DNA of 64,000 nucleotides from Octopus sinensis (GCF_006345805.1 NC_043019.1:24117360-24181359), one strand, 5' to 3'. Counted from the first letter of the stretch, positions 38,076-52,510 are shown. A program made the numbers and translations. Notes: generated from the letters alone by a model not told the origin.

Positions 38076-38610
38076 TGCCCTGATGCAGTAACAGGCAGTG
38101 GTTCTCATGGGTTCTGATCTTAACTGATTGGAAATGATATCATGTACATTGTTTTGTCTTGGTATGAAAGATGGGCTACAGCAAATATTCTGCTCAATAC
38201 CACAGATTTGCTTGTCAGTTGTTTGACCTTAACCTTAGTGGCTGACGATATGCGCATCTCTGACCACGAGCAGAAGTAGTGAGGGAGCATCATAGCTGTG
38301 TGTTGAAAGGAATTCTTGGATGTTTGGATAATTCACCTTTGGAAATATGGGTGGTTCGTTCAACATCCTTAAACAATCCTTATTCAGGGAAAACAATCCT
38401 TATTCAATCCTTTTCAGCGGGATGGGCTACTCGACCAGAAGAAAATTCTAGCTGGGCCCCACCTGCAAGGTCATGTGCTGTTTAACTTGTGCCTGGTATA
38501 CCCTTATCGGACAGGTAGTCATGATGGGTATACTGGGCTTCGTATATTTTACTCTAGTGTCACTTTGAAGGCATGCACTGCTCTCTCACTCAATAATAAT
38601 AATAATAATG

Positions 38611-38681
<71 letters not shown>

Positions 38682-39031
38682 CACAATAACAATGTTTCTC
38701 TAAAAGAAACGGAGAAACTTTCAAAATACAAAGATCTGGAATAGAGGTAGCTCCAAGGTGGAGTCTCAAAACAAATAATTCTTATCATAGTAGGTGCATT
38801 AGGCATGATAAAAAAATATCCAGACAAATACATAACAAAAGCACCAAGACTAACAAGTATATATATCATACGGAAAATAGCACTACTAGGTACCGCATAT
38901 ACCCTACGTAAAACACTTTCAATATCGTAAAAATAAGAGCCTCACAACAAACCACAGCACATACCCAAGGCACGCAGAGCTGCGCTCGGTTGTGCAGTGA
39001 AAGTATGTGATAAAAGATAAAAATAAGACTA

Positions 39032-39081
<50 letters not shown>

Positions 39082-39108
39082 TGATGATGGTGATGATGAT
39101 GATGATGT

Positions 39109-39155
<47 letters not shown>

Positions 39156-39158
39156 TTG

Positions 39159-39209
<51 letters not shown>

Positions 39210-39695
39210 TTCCCAATCCAAACAGATAAAGTGCTAGAGCATAACAGTCCGGTCCAGGTGGTGGTGGAGAAGGTGCAACACATATACTATACAGTTGATG
39301 TTGGATGCCCCTTTGACCCACGAATAGTCAAGAAGGAAGGCGAAAAGATAAATACAACCCTCTTAAGTACGAAATAGCCCGGCTATGGAAAATGAAGAAA
39401 GTAAAGTTACTGCCAATTATTGTTGGATCCTTGAGAGCAGTATCAGAAAGTGTCAAGGAGAATATAAAGGAAATTGGAATATATTATCCAGTAGAACTGT
39501 TACAAAAGACTTGTCTCCGTGACACGGCCAGAATAATCAGGAAAGTATTAGATAGCTGGAAAGAATAGATAGTATGGTACCGTAAGCTGCAGATAGCAAG
39601 CCCGCTACGCATGCAAGACTCCAGCAGCTCCAACGAAACCTGAGTATATAATAATAATAATAATAATAATATAATAATAAATAATAATAATAATA

Positions 39696-39727
<32 letters not shown>

Positions 39728-40123
39728 TATAATAATAATAATAAGAAAATATAAAGACCTACTCATTGAAATTGAGAAAATGTGGCATCTCAAGGCGGTT
39801 ACAATACCAGTGATCGTAGGAGCACTAGGAATGATCAAGAAGGGAACCGAAAATTATATGAGAATGATCCCTGGCTTACCATCCCTGCAAGAAGTGCAAA
39901 AGATTGTCTTAACTGGTACATCACACGTACTGAGAAGAGCATTGTCGATGTGAGAACTGTTGCTGCTCATGCATTTTAATTTAACTTAAAAAAAAAATTA
40001 AAAAATTAACGAACTACTGAGTTTGGTTTAATGGCCTACCAATATACACTATGAGTTTCTTTGCCCTAGGAGTCGGGAAGACACTCGGCAAGAAATGGAA
40101 GAAAATTTGAAAGAAAAAAAAAA

Positions 40124-40171
<48 letters not shown>

Positions 40172-40707
40172 TATGCCCTGATGCAGTAACAGGCAGTGGT
40201 TCTCATGGGTTCTGATCTTAACTGATTGGAAATGATATCATGTACATTGTTTTGTCTTGGTATGAAAGATGGGCTACAGCAAATATTCTGCTCAATACCA
40301 CAGATTTGCTTGTCAGTTGTTTGACCTTAACCTTAGTGGCTGACGATATGCGCATCTCTGACCACGAGCAGAAGTAGTGAGGAGCATCATAGCTGTGTGT
40401 TGAAAGGAATTCTTGGATGTTTGGATAATTCACCTTTGGAAATATGGGTGGTTCGTTCAACATCCTTAAACAATCCTTATTCAGGGAAAACAATCCTTAT
40501 TCAATCCTTTTCAGCGGGATGGGCTACTCGACCAGAAGAAAATTCTAGCTGGGCCCCACCTGCAAGGTCATGTGCTGTTTAACTTGTGCCTGGTATACCC
40601 TTATCGGACAGGTAGTCATGATGGGTATACTGGGCTTCGTATATTTTACTCTAGTGTCACTTTGAAGGCATGCACTGCTCTCTCACTCAATAATAATAAT
40701 AATAATG

Positions 40708-40778
<71 letters not shown>

Positions 40779-41127
40779 CACAATAACAATGTTTCTCTAA
40801 AAGAACGGAGAAACTTTCAAAATACAAAGATCTGGAATAGAGGTAGCTCCAAGGTGGAGTCTCAAAACAAATAATTCTTATCATAGTAGGTGCATTAGGC
40901 ATGATAAAAAAATATCCAGACAAATACATAACAAAAGCACCAAGACTAACAAGTATATATATCATACGGAAAATAGCACTACTAGGTACCGCATATACCC
41001 TACGTAAAACACTTTCAATATCGTAAAAATAAGAGCCTCACAACAAACCACAGCACATACCCAAGGCACGCAGAGCTGCGCTCGGTTGTGCAGTGAAAGT
41101 ATGTGATAAAAGATAAAAATAAGACTA

Positions 41128-41177
<50 letters not shown>

Positions 41178-41204
41178 TGATGATGGTGATGATGATGATG
41201 ATGT

Positions 41205-41251
<47 letters not shown>

Positions 41252-41736
41252 TTGATAATAATAATAATAATAATAATAATATATAATAATAATAATAATA
41301 ATATTCCCAATCAAACAGATAAAGTGCTAGAGCATAACAGTCCGGTCCAGGTGGTGGTGGAGAAGGTGCAACACATATACTATACAGTTGATGTTGGATG
41401 CCCCTTTGACCCACGAATAGTCAAGAAGGAAGGCGAAAAGATAAATACAACCCTCTTAAGTACGAAATAGCCCGGCTATGGAAAATGAAGAAAGTAAAGT
41501 TACTGCCAATTATTGTTGGATCCTTGAGAGCAGTATCAGAAAGTGTCAAGGAGAATATAAAGGAAATTGGAATATATATCCAGTAGAACTGTTACAAAAG
41601 ACTTGTCTCCGTGACACGGCCAGAATAATCAGGAAAGTATTAGATAGCTGGAAAGAATAGATAGTATGGTACCGTAAGCTGCAGATAGCAAGCCCGCTAC
41701 GCATGCAAGACTCCAGCAGCTCCAACGAAACCTGAG

Positions 41737-41740
<4 letters not shown>
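35561..41740 (+). repeat. Three tandem copies of a ~2.09-kb composite: DongB tail-(AAT)n-module-(AAT)n-DongA tail-(AAT/GAT)n-DongC tail-(AAT)n
   Basis: Unit starts AAGAAAATATAAAGACCTACTC at 35561, 37643 and 39743 (periods 2082 and 2100); copies differ mainly in microsatellite length and single-base indels. Confidence 0.95.
35994..36510 (+). mobile_element. ~550-nt non-coding (AAT)-tailed module (copy with internal deletion; duplicated at 38075-38591 and 40173-40688)
   Basis: Starts ATGCCCTGATGCAGT, ends CTCTCTCACTC(AAT)n; homologous to 49404-49946, 50080-50633, 59121-59596, 60509-61062 and 62016-62547. Confidence 0.85.
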
Positions 41741-41816
<76 letters not shown>

Positions 41817-41845
41817 TAATAATAATAATGATAGTAATAATTATA

Positions 41846-41894
<49 letters not shown>

Positions 41895-41917
41895 TATTAT
41901 TATTATTATTATTATTA

Positions 41918-43407
41918 TAAGATGTAAAGCCATGTCATACATGACAAGCTAACACAATCAGAAATGAAGTCATACAGTGAGGAAATATCGAGCAAACAAG
42001 AACAAGACAACAAAATTGTTCAATGGATAAATAGGGGAAAGGAAATGAAGATCAAAATAACACTATTGATATGACCCGCCATTACAGAACGAGAGATTAC
42101 GGGCACACAGGGGACTACCAATAACTGGAAAACGCCAAGAATAGACAAATCCCTATCTTCTGAATGAAAAACATCACGTACATGTAGTATTTGACTTTAT
42201 AATAAGCAAGCCATAATTAACACTAAACTGGATGCTGGAAGGATAAACCACCCTAAATCCAAAAAAAAACGAAAACAACATATACCCATAAAATTATAGG
42301 CCAGTAACATGCCTATAAACAACCTACAGAACCCTTACATCAGTTATCTATTACCGGTTTGGAATACACCTGATAAACAACATTTTACCAGAACAAAGGA
42401 GAAGACCAAGAGGGATGTAAAGCTGTAAGGAGCAGCTTCTGGTAAACTGAGAAGTTATAGAGGATTGTAAAAAAACAAAAAACAAACCTCAACATGACTT
42501 GGATTAATTATCAGAAAACGCCCGACAGTGTTCCATTAATATGGATACTGGAATCTCTCCACACAAATAAAGTAGCTCCGTCACTATTAAAATATATCAA
42601 TCATACAATGGCAACCTGGAATACCAGCATAGCACTGAAAAATGAATCACAAGTCATTAACACCTCCCCTATACTCAGAAAAAGAGGAATTTTCCAAAGA
42701 GATTCGTCGTCCCTCCAACGCTTCTTTTTTGTCTTGCTTTAACTCCACTAACAAACTTGTTAAATGAAACCACTGTAGGTTACAGATGGCATGGACAAAC
42801 AATAGATCTTCTCCTATACATGAATGACTTAAAAATGTTCACTAAAAATATAATGAGACAGAAAACCCCTTTAAAAATTGTCCCTAGTGCCAGCAAGGAC
42901 ATCACGATGAGCATGGGCTTAGACAAATATGCCATAGTGATATTAAGAGGTGGCAAATTAGTCACTACTGAAAACACTACTCGACATAGGCACAAAAATC
43001 GGAGACTTAAACCACAATAGCCCATACAAATATCTAGGAATAGATGAAATGGCTAAAATACAACATACGGAAATGAAAGGGTAAATTAAGAGAAGGATTA
43101 GTCTAATAATTAACACTGAATAAATGCTAAAAATAAGATAACAGGAATAAACACGTTAGTCATACCAGTCATAAAATACAGCTTCAACAAAATAAACTGG
43201 AAGTTTAGTGAAATGAACTTAGACTAAAAAACCAAATAACTATAAACAGAATATCGAAGTCACCACTCGAAAGGAGACTCAGACACACTATAACATCCCC
43301 ACTTATAAGGAAGTCGCAGCCTGACACGGAGAGATACTATAAAATAACAGTTGGATCATAAAAATACTCAAGAGCAAAAAGTGGAAGACTACTACATATA
43401 ATAAAGC

Positions 43408-43501
<94 letters not shown>

Positions 43502-44700
43502 CACACACAAGCACACACATACACATACACACAAAAGAAAACGCTTGTCTCTCTACGTAAGAAGGCGATACATATAAAACAGAAACAAACTACACTGATA
43601 CACTGATCTCAAATGGCAACGTTGCAGAAATGGACAGCTGTAAAAACCATGACAATAGAACTACAAAATATACTAAATAAGAAGTGGGGAGAAAAATTAC
43701 TGCGTGGGCAATATCCAGAAAAGATGTGAGTCTAAGTAAAAGCCACCAATGGCTCAAGAACTTTGGACTAAAAACAAAAACGGAAGGGCAGATGCACATG
43801 ACCAGTGTCCGACCAGAAAAACGCTATAAAAGTAGAATAATGAAAACATGCCCCAACACCGAATGCAGAATGTGTAACCGGCACCATGAGATACATCATC
43901 TCTGTCCTAGCCAAATCTGAATATGTATACAGACATAACCGAGTAAGTAGCTATATCAACTGGACAATATGTCAAAAGTAGAGCATGAAAACGAACAAGA
44001 AATTGTATAAATATGTGCCAAATAAGGTATATGACAACGACTAGGCCAAAATGCCTGTTTAAACTGCCAAAGAAATAAAAGGTAACCCCCCAGACATAAT
44101 AATCAAGGATTCGAAAATGAAACAGCTGCTTACTGATAGGGATTTCAGTCACTTCTGGCCAAAATATTGCTCAAAAAGAAGTGGAGAAATTGTCAAAGTA
44201 CAAAGACATCGAAATTGAAGTAACCAGGATGTAGGGTATGAAGGTGAAAACAATACCTGTAATAATAGGAGCATTAGGTATGATGCAAAAAAGTTGAACC
44301 AAAATGTAGAAACTATACTTGCACCATCAACTCTATACTCTACCCCAAAATGCCCTGCTGGGTATATTCCACATCCGATGCAAGACAATCAATTCAATAA
44401 TACAACCCAAATAAAACAATCCACAAACACCAGACACTCTATACGGTAAATACCCAATAAAATAAACAGCCTCCACATGTATTCTACAGGTCGGATACTC
44501 AACTGAAGAACACAGCTCGCATTACACACACAACAGACAATACAAAGACTAATAAAGCAAAAGACATCAACCAAACCCCATAACAAAACAAACGGACGCA
44601 ATACAATATCAGGAAGATTTTTCTCATCTCCAACAACAAAAAAGAACTCACAGTGCTTTACATACCTCAGCAACACGGAACTGTACCAGACGATGCGGTA
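41918..44700 (+). mobile_element. Decayed R4/Dong element (family F) with a (CA)n tract at 43409-43530
   Basis: RT remnants WINYQKTPDSVP, RGIFQRDSSS, LLYMNDLKMF, YKYLGIDE; HQWLKNFGLKTKTEG; CRMCNR..; PPDIIIKD; the 3' boundary is uncertain. Confidence 0.85.
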
Positions 44701-44712
44701 GAACCGTGTCTG

Positions 44713-44845
44713 AAACTATCAAATGTCGAATGGCATAAGGCCACCATGTTCGGGAGAAGGGACTAGTCGATTACATCGACTCTAGCATTCAAATGATATT
44801 CATTTTAACGGTCCCGGGCGCGGTGACGATACTGCTAGCCTGTCG
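44713..44845 (-). mobile_element. Partial SINE family 1 copy
   Basis: GGCATAAGGCC..GGGAGAAGGGACTAGTCGATTACATCGAC tail with a deleted head. Confidence 0.55.
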
Positions 44846-45719
44846 CCTTATTCCAAACTCATACACTAGTCCAAAATAACTAATGTATATATATATATGT
44901 ATATGCCTGTATATGTGCAATCGCGCGCATGCGCACACACACACACACACATACATACACACACGGTCACACTGACTCAGATATTCATTTTGAGAGTACT
45001 TGGTACTTTAAATTTCGTTATTTAATTTGGAGCAGAAGGCGCAAAGTTTACTTCCTTGTCCGCAGTATCTCCAGATATTCAGCAATGATTATCCTTGGTC
45101 CCTTTCACTAACTACACAAGTGCATCAAGCACAATGTAGCCTTTCCGTGTTTTCTTAACTCTTTTGAAATTATTTTATAGACCAATATTAAAGATAACTC
45201 ATTATTACTAAACTATATGTGTGTAGACACATCACACGTGTATGTGTTTGTGTGTGTCTATGGTTATGTGAAATATAAAGATATACATAAAGATAAACAA
45301 CACAGGAAACACTAAGTTAGACCATGTATGAATGGAAAGTTAAAGTGTTAACATTTCGGTTATTAGTCCTTCATGAAACGGAAAGAAAGCAAAAGCAAAA
45401 GTATAAATAAAGAGAAACAAAGAATCGATTCAACAGGGAAGAATTACAGAAGAGAAAGGCGTAAGGAAAAACAAACGGAGAATGTTGTCCTATGGGGTGG
45501 GTTAAGAATGGAGAAAGGGGTGGATGTGTAGATGCATATTAGTGAAATTCTTTCTCTGGACGTAGGCATAAGAAATAGCGTTGAGTGCGATTGTCTATCA
45601 GTATATATATAAACTCTTTACCTCTTTAAATCGTTTCAGGTTTAAAGCTGCAGTTATGCTGGGGTACCACTGTTAGGTGTGCTACACCATTATTTGAAAC
45701 CCACTCTGATATGTGGCAT

Positions 45720-47340
45720 TTGATGAATGAGGGAGTCTGATCTTAATGCCCTCATGTGTGTTTCCTGCGGTGAGGTAGGCTCATCTGGAACCTATCATAG
45801 GAAGAAATCCAGTTTTGTTTTGAACGTACCTACATCCACACCATGCAGGTTTCTCAAGCATTTTGGAAGGACATTGAAGAGCTGTGGGCCCTTGAAACTC
45901 AAGCTGTTGCAGTATCTAATCCTGTATTTTGATGGTGATACTGGGATCTTTGGCACCATGCAGTGGTACCCCGTTCTGCTGTTTGTGCAAGCTTCAATGC
46001 CAAAATTTGGTATAAGGCATTCCAGGATTTTCCAGATGTGTATAACTGCATATCTTTTCCGCCTTCGTTCTAGGGAGAAGAGTTTTAACTCTTTCAGCCC
46101 TTTTCAGTAGCTGATATGTTGCATTGAGACGATTTTCTTTGTGTAGCTTCGATGGACTGCTTCCAGTTCCACAGTTAATTTTATACTGTGTGGTGACCAT
46201 AGGTGGGAGCAGAAGTTCTAGGGGCTGAAGACGTATGCCATTCAGAGGACCATCATAGTTTCTTGTTCTCTCTGTTTGAAAGTTCGGAGGATCCAGCTAG
46301 CCGTCTGCATTTTATTACCATATTAGTAATACGCACCTGGAAAGATGCATCATTACACATGCCAATGCCCAGATCACGTACTGATATTGATTCAGGGATT
46401 GCAATTCCTCCCAGGCCAGTGTATCTTGTCTGCATGTCGTACAGCTGTGTGTGCTGGTAGCACAGGTTTTGGAATTTGCCTGCGTTAAACTGCAAGTTGT
46501 TGTCGTCAGCCCATCTGTATATTGTATCCAACTCCTATTGCGGATGCGCAAGATTTCCAGGATTTTGTATTATCTGAGGGACTCTTGTGTCATCTGCGAA
46601 GCTAGCGAGGGAGGCTATCTGAGCAGCTGAGGGCATGTCTGAGAGTGTCACTATAAATAGCCGTGGCCCTTAGACAGTGCACTGTGGAACACCACTTGCT
46701 ATTTGTATTTCCATTGAGGTGGTTCCATTGGCCATTACTGCCTGACGTCTATAAGGCATGTAACCACTCTCCAAGTTTTCCGACTCCGCCATGGTCGACT
46801 TTATCCTTTTGCAAAGTCGAGATATATCACATCCGCATTTGAGTCATTTAGCAGCTGCTTTAACACCCAGTCGTAATGCTGTAAGAGCTGTGTCAGGCAA
46901 CTTCTACTTGGTCGAAGTCCATGCTGGATGTCAGTCAGCAAGAAATTTTCTTTAAGGAACGCGATTAGTTTCTTGCGGACTATTCGTTCCATGATTGCTG
47001 ATGTTTGAGGTCAGAGAGCTAGACCTATAAATTTTAGCATCTGCTCTGCTTCCTCCTTTGTGGATAGGGAATATTATTCCTTCCTTCGGTCTTCCTTCGG
47101 TCTTGCACGAAAGCTCTGGAAAAGAAGCTGCAGTCATTCTGTAGGGGCACGTTTGCACGATTTAAGAAGAATTGCTGAGAATCCATCAGAACCAATAGCT
47201 GAGTTTGTGTCAACCACATCTATCACCAGTGTTACATCTTTCCGAGAAATGTTAGTAGATGCGAATGGTACCTTATACAATATAATATTCCTTGAATATT
47301 TGCATAGACAGTTTTCGTAATATTTACATTATCACCATGT
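45720..47340 (-). mobile_element. 5'-truncated CR1/L2-group LINE, RT region (pseudogenised)
   Basis: QHGLRPSRSCLTQLLQHYD..DVIYLDFAK, SGVPQ..GPRLF, FADDT, WADDNNLQFNAGKF, SVRDLGI; frameshifts and stops. Confidence 0.9.
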
Positions 47341-47425
47341 CTATAATTCTCAATTGCAAATTAGATGTTCTCTTTCCATAATTCAAGTTATACATATATT
47401 TAGATTCCTTTGTTGTTGTTGTTGT

Positions 47426-47550
<125 letters not shown>

Positions 47551-47559
47551 GATCCTCAA

Positions 47560-48415
47560 ATAATTTTCAGTTCCTTTTTTGATAAATCATTCTTAGTTCT
47601 CTTACAACTTCACAGGTGTTATGATCGTCTTGAGATGCCACATTTTTTTCTATTTCAATCAGAAAATCTTTATATTTACTAAACTTATCAAATTCTTTTG
47701 CCGAGATATTATGAACACAAGGTATGATTATTATTCAGTAGTCTTACTTTTATCACCTGGTTTCACTACACTACCTTATGCAACTCCTCCTTGAACACTC
47801 CAAGTTCCTTTTCTTCTTATTTTTCTCTTTTCCTTCTCCGCTCCTGGTACCTTCTTTTCTTCCACCACTCTGAACAGTCTCTCCACTTGCGTTTCTAAAT
47901 TTTCTTCCTCCACTCGAATAACCGGTGTCTTCACCAATGTTTCTTCCTTATGCAATTCCTCCTTGAACACTTCAAGTTCCTTTTCTTCTTATTTTTCTCT
48001 ATTCCTTCTCCGCTCCAGGTACCTTCTTTTCTTTCCACCACTCTGAACAGTCTCTCCACTTGCGGTATTTACAGCTTAAGAGCCAATGAAGATATACAAC
48101 AATTTGTTGTATATCTTCATTTGTTTGTGCAAGGCTCTCACATCTAATTACTAAGTGGATCACATTTTCTACACTCTTTCCACTGAGTGTGCATTTCAGG
48201 GTGGTAGAAGTTTTATAGATGTTATACTTCAATGAATTGGTAGCGAGAGCCTGGTCTTGTGCAGCAATGATCAAGCTTTCGGTGGTACGCTTCAAATCAC
48301 CTCGCTCAAGCCATGCCCACGTAGCCGTGCTATTTCATACTTAAGAAGATTGTATTTATCTTTCCGCTTTCCTTCTTGACTATTCCTGGGTCAAAAGGGC
48401 ATGGATCATCAACTA

Positions 48416-48465
<50 letters not shown>

Positions 48466-49225
48466 TTTTATTATTATTATTGAATGCATTCTCATTTCAA
48501 AAAGGTCTTCTTTTCTCTTCTCCTCAGCTACTTGATTAACGTCTGCCTTGCCCATCATTTCATCTGCATTTACACCCATATCCTTCGCGGCATATTGCAG
48601 CAGGTCTTCATCACTATTTATCAAATTCTCGTCAAGCGTCTCCTTACACACCTTATGCAATGGTGTAGCGCCCCATGCAGATTCATCAACTTTTTTATCT
48701 TTCTATCCAATGTTGATATTTCCTCCTTAGTCCATTTGAGGATGGACGCACTATATCTGACCACCGCAACTGCCCAGATATTCATTGCGGTGATCAAATT
48801 TTTGGCATTAAGGTTGGATTTCAACACCATCTTCACACTTTTTTGATACGTCTCACTGACTTTGACTTTCATTTTTCTGTGTAGAATCTCATGCAGCTCA
48901 AAAATCCTTAAATATCTATACCCACTACCGTCGGGTTCTCCCATGGTCTCTACTGATGGTAACCACAATGCTCTGCAGGTTGCTTTCTTCCTTCGTTACA
49001 TATTAAGTACAGAGCATTTAGTAAACCCAAATTCCATACCGATGTCCCCACCACACTTCTGGTAATAAGGGATGTATCTGCTTTTCAAATTTCCAAAACA
49101 ATTTCAGGTCATTCATGAACAGAAGATGGTTCAATGATGGGCCTTTCTTTCCACATCGGTAATCCATCTTAACTTTTCTGTTTGCCATTTATTCATAGAG
49201 TGCCCTATGAATTTTATAATTGTTG
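47560..49225 (-). mobile_element. Mosaic of R4/Dong fragments (families B, E, C, A)
   Basis: KYKDFLIEIEKMWHLK (47600-47700); KRTTESLIIAAQDQALATNSLKY (48150-48300); C-type FDP piece (48340-48420); YRYLRIFE..NIWAVAVVRYSA and NHLLFMNDLKLF (48620-49150); A-type KVAPTIIKF (49180-49225). Confidence 0.85.
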
Positions 49226-49232
49226 GTGCTAC

Positions 49233-49403
<171 letters not shown>

Positions 49404-50633
49404 GAGTGAGAGAGCAGTACATGACACTGGGGTAAAATATACGAAGCCCAGTATACCCACCATGATTACCCATCTGATAAGGGTACATCAGACACATGCA
49501 TCACAACCATATGTGCACGACATGGTGATCTCATATCAAGATACACAGCGCATGACCTTTTAGGTGAGGCCAGTTAGGTTTTTCTCCAGGCCGAGTAGCG
49601 CATTCCACTCAAAAGGTCCCTGAATAAGGGATGGTTAAGGACGTTGAATGAAACATCCATGTTTCTAAATATAAATTATCCAAACCCCAAATAATTCCTC
49701 TTAATACATGGCTATGATACACCCCACTACTTCTGCTTGTGATCAGAGATGCACGCATCGTCAGCAACTATGGGACATGCTCATCTGGTTTTGGTCAAGC
49801 AACTGGCAAGCAAATCTGTGGTATTGGGCAGAATATTTGCTGTAGCCCATCTTTTATACCAAGACAAAACAATGTACATAATAACACTTCCAATCAGTTA
49901 AGATCAGGAGCTATGAAAGCTAATATCTGGTACTGTATCAGAGCATTTTAGTGAGCAGAATATTGGCTATAGCCCATGTTTTATACCAAGACAAAACAAT
50001 GTACATGATGACAATTCCAGTCAGTTAACATTAGAAGCCATGAACGCCACTCTCTGGTACAATTATTATTATTGTCATTGAGTGAGAGAGCAGTGCATGA
50101 CATCAAAGTGACACTGGGGTAAAATATACGAAGCCCAGTATACCCAACATGACTACCCGTCTGATAAGGGTACACCAGGCACATGCGTCACAACCAAATG
50201 TGCGCGACATGGTGATCTCATATCAAGATAAACAGCGCATGAACTCGCAGGTGGGGCCCAGTTAGAAATTTCTTCTGGACGAGTAACCCATCCCGCTCAA
50301 AAGGTCCCTGAATAAGGGTTGTTTAAGGATGTTGAACGAAGCAGACAAATTTCCAGAGGTAAATTATTCAAACCCAAAAGAATCCCTCCCAACACATGGC
50401 TATGATGCTCCCCCACTACTTCTGCTCGTGATCAGAGATGCACATATCGTCAGCCACTAAGGGATATGGGCAACCGGTTAAGGTCAAACAACTGACAAGC
50501 AAATATGTGGTATCGAGCAGAATATTTGCTGTAGCCCATCTTTTATACCAAGACAAAACAATGTGCATGATAACACTTCCAATCTGTTAAGATCAGGAGC
50601 CACGAGAGCCACTGCCTGGTACTGCATCAGGGC
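49404..50633 (-). mobile_element. Two complete plus one 5'-only copy of the ~550-nt module in tandem
   Basis: Copies at 50080-50633 and 49404-49946; 5' ~110-nt fragment at 49952-50060. Confidence 0.88.
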
Positions 50634-50644
50634 TTATTATTATT

Positions 50645-50752
<108 letters not shown>

Positions 50753-51911
50753 TTACGTTTAACTTTTGCTTTACATTTGTACAAGTTGGCTCCAAGTCCC
50801 ACCCAGAGACCTCAAGAGACAACAAGTTGGAAGTTCATGTTGGTGTTATGCCTAGAGTGTCATATATTTGGTTTTATACATAGTGTTGTTCTAGAGAATG
50901 TTTAAGAAACCATACGAAAATTATGTTTGTTTTAAAACTTGAGATTACATAGAAAGTATTTTGCATAAGATATGAGCAGTTCCCATAAGCACTATCTTTT
51001 GAATTTCTGCCATTTTGGGGATTCCTGGTATCTGAGCTAGGTAGCAATCAGCCCATTTTGCTATCATTCCCAGGGCACCTATGACAACAGGTATTGTTTT
51101 AGTCTTCAGGTTCCACATTTTGCTAATTTCTAATTCAAGATCTTTATACTTGCTCAGTTTTTGGTAGGTCTTGGCAGATACGTTTATATCGATTGAGACA
51201 CTCATATCAATGAGCAGGTATGATTTTTGTCTGAAGTCTTTCAATATGATGTCTGGCCTATTCGCATCTATCTTTCTGTCAGTTTGAATGGTGAAAGTCC
51301 AGAGGAGAGAGATGTGATCATTTTCAAGCGCTGGAGGTGGCTTGTGTTCTCACCAGTTTTTATCATGGGGCAAGTCCAGGCTTTTGCAATTACCCAGTGA
51401 ATATATTGTGCAGCTCTATCATGCCTTTTGATATACTTTGTTGCTGCAAGAAGACTGCACTTGGAGACAACATGATCAATGGTTTCATTTTGTTGTTGAC
51501 ATACACATGTGCTACTGCCGTTCTTTAATATGTTGGCCTGGTAGTTCCTTGTAGGTAAGCATTGATATTGAGCTGCTATGATAAACCCTTCTGTTTCAGA
51601 TTTTAAGCTAGAGGCCATTAGCTATTGATGGGTCAGGGCTTTGTCAACATCGGCATTATTCGCTCTCTTTGGGTATTTGCCATTGAGAGGTTTTTCTTGC
51701 CATATATCAGTCAGAATATCTAAGGGAGCAGTTTTAGCTTTTTTCTGCGCTTGTTTCTCGTATATCTAATTCCGGAATTTGTTGTATTTGGAATTCACTT
51801 AGATATTCCTTTGCCAGTTTTGTTACTGAGTATGATGCTTTCTTGTTTTCATGTTTTGAGACAAGTTTTATCATCCAATCCTCAGAGTTTTTCAGGTAGG
51901 TCTCTAGGCCA
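50753..51911 (-). mobile_element. R4/Dong 3' fragment (family D)
   Basis: WQEKPLNGKYP..SLKSETEGFIIAAQYQCLPTRNY..RHDRAAQYIHW..RPDII..KYKDLELEISKMWNLK..; (AAT)n(GAT)n tail. Confidence 0.92.
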
Positions 51912-51937
51912 ATTATTATTATTATTATTATTATTAC

Positions 51938-51999
<62 letters not shown>

Positions 52000-52006
52000 C
52001 TATTAC

Positions 52007-52063
<57 letters not shown>

Positions 52064-52075
52064 TATTACTATTAC

Positions 52076-52132
<57 letters not shown>

Positions 52133-52133
<1 letters not shown>

Positions 52134-52510
52134 TCTCTTTATCACAGGTTTTGTTGGAGTTGCTGGTGTCTTGCATGCGTAACGGGCTTGTTACCTGCAG
52201 CCTACGGTACCATGATATCCGTTCTTTTCAGCTATCTAACACGTTCTTGATTATTCTGGACATGTCAAGAGGTCAAACGTTTTGCAACAGTTAGTTTTGT
52301 AAAAGTTACTAGGCGCACTATTCCAGTTTCCTTTATATTCTCCTTGATGCCTTCTGATACTGTTCCCAAGGACCCAGCAGTAATTGGCATTGTCTTCACC
52401 TTCTTCATTTTCCGTAGCCGGGCTATTTCATACCTAAGATGGTTGTGTTTATCTTTCCGCTTTCCTTCTTGACTATTCCTGGGTCAAAGGGACATGGAAC
52501 ATCAACTACA
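52133..52510 (-). mobile_element. R4/Dong 3' fragment (family C)
   Basis: FDPGIVKKE..YEIARLRKMKKVKTMPITAGSLG; 3' UTR GGTACCGTAGGCTGCAG..AACCTGTG homologous to 37490-37560. Confidence 0.88.

Noticed and set aside
27293-41740. CRISPR-like or prokaryotic defence-system interpretation of the repeats
   Set aside because: No short repeat-unique spacer array, no cas or operon-like genes, and the context is eukaryotic.
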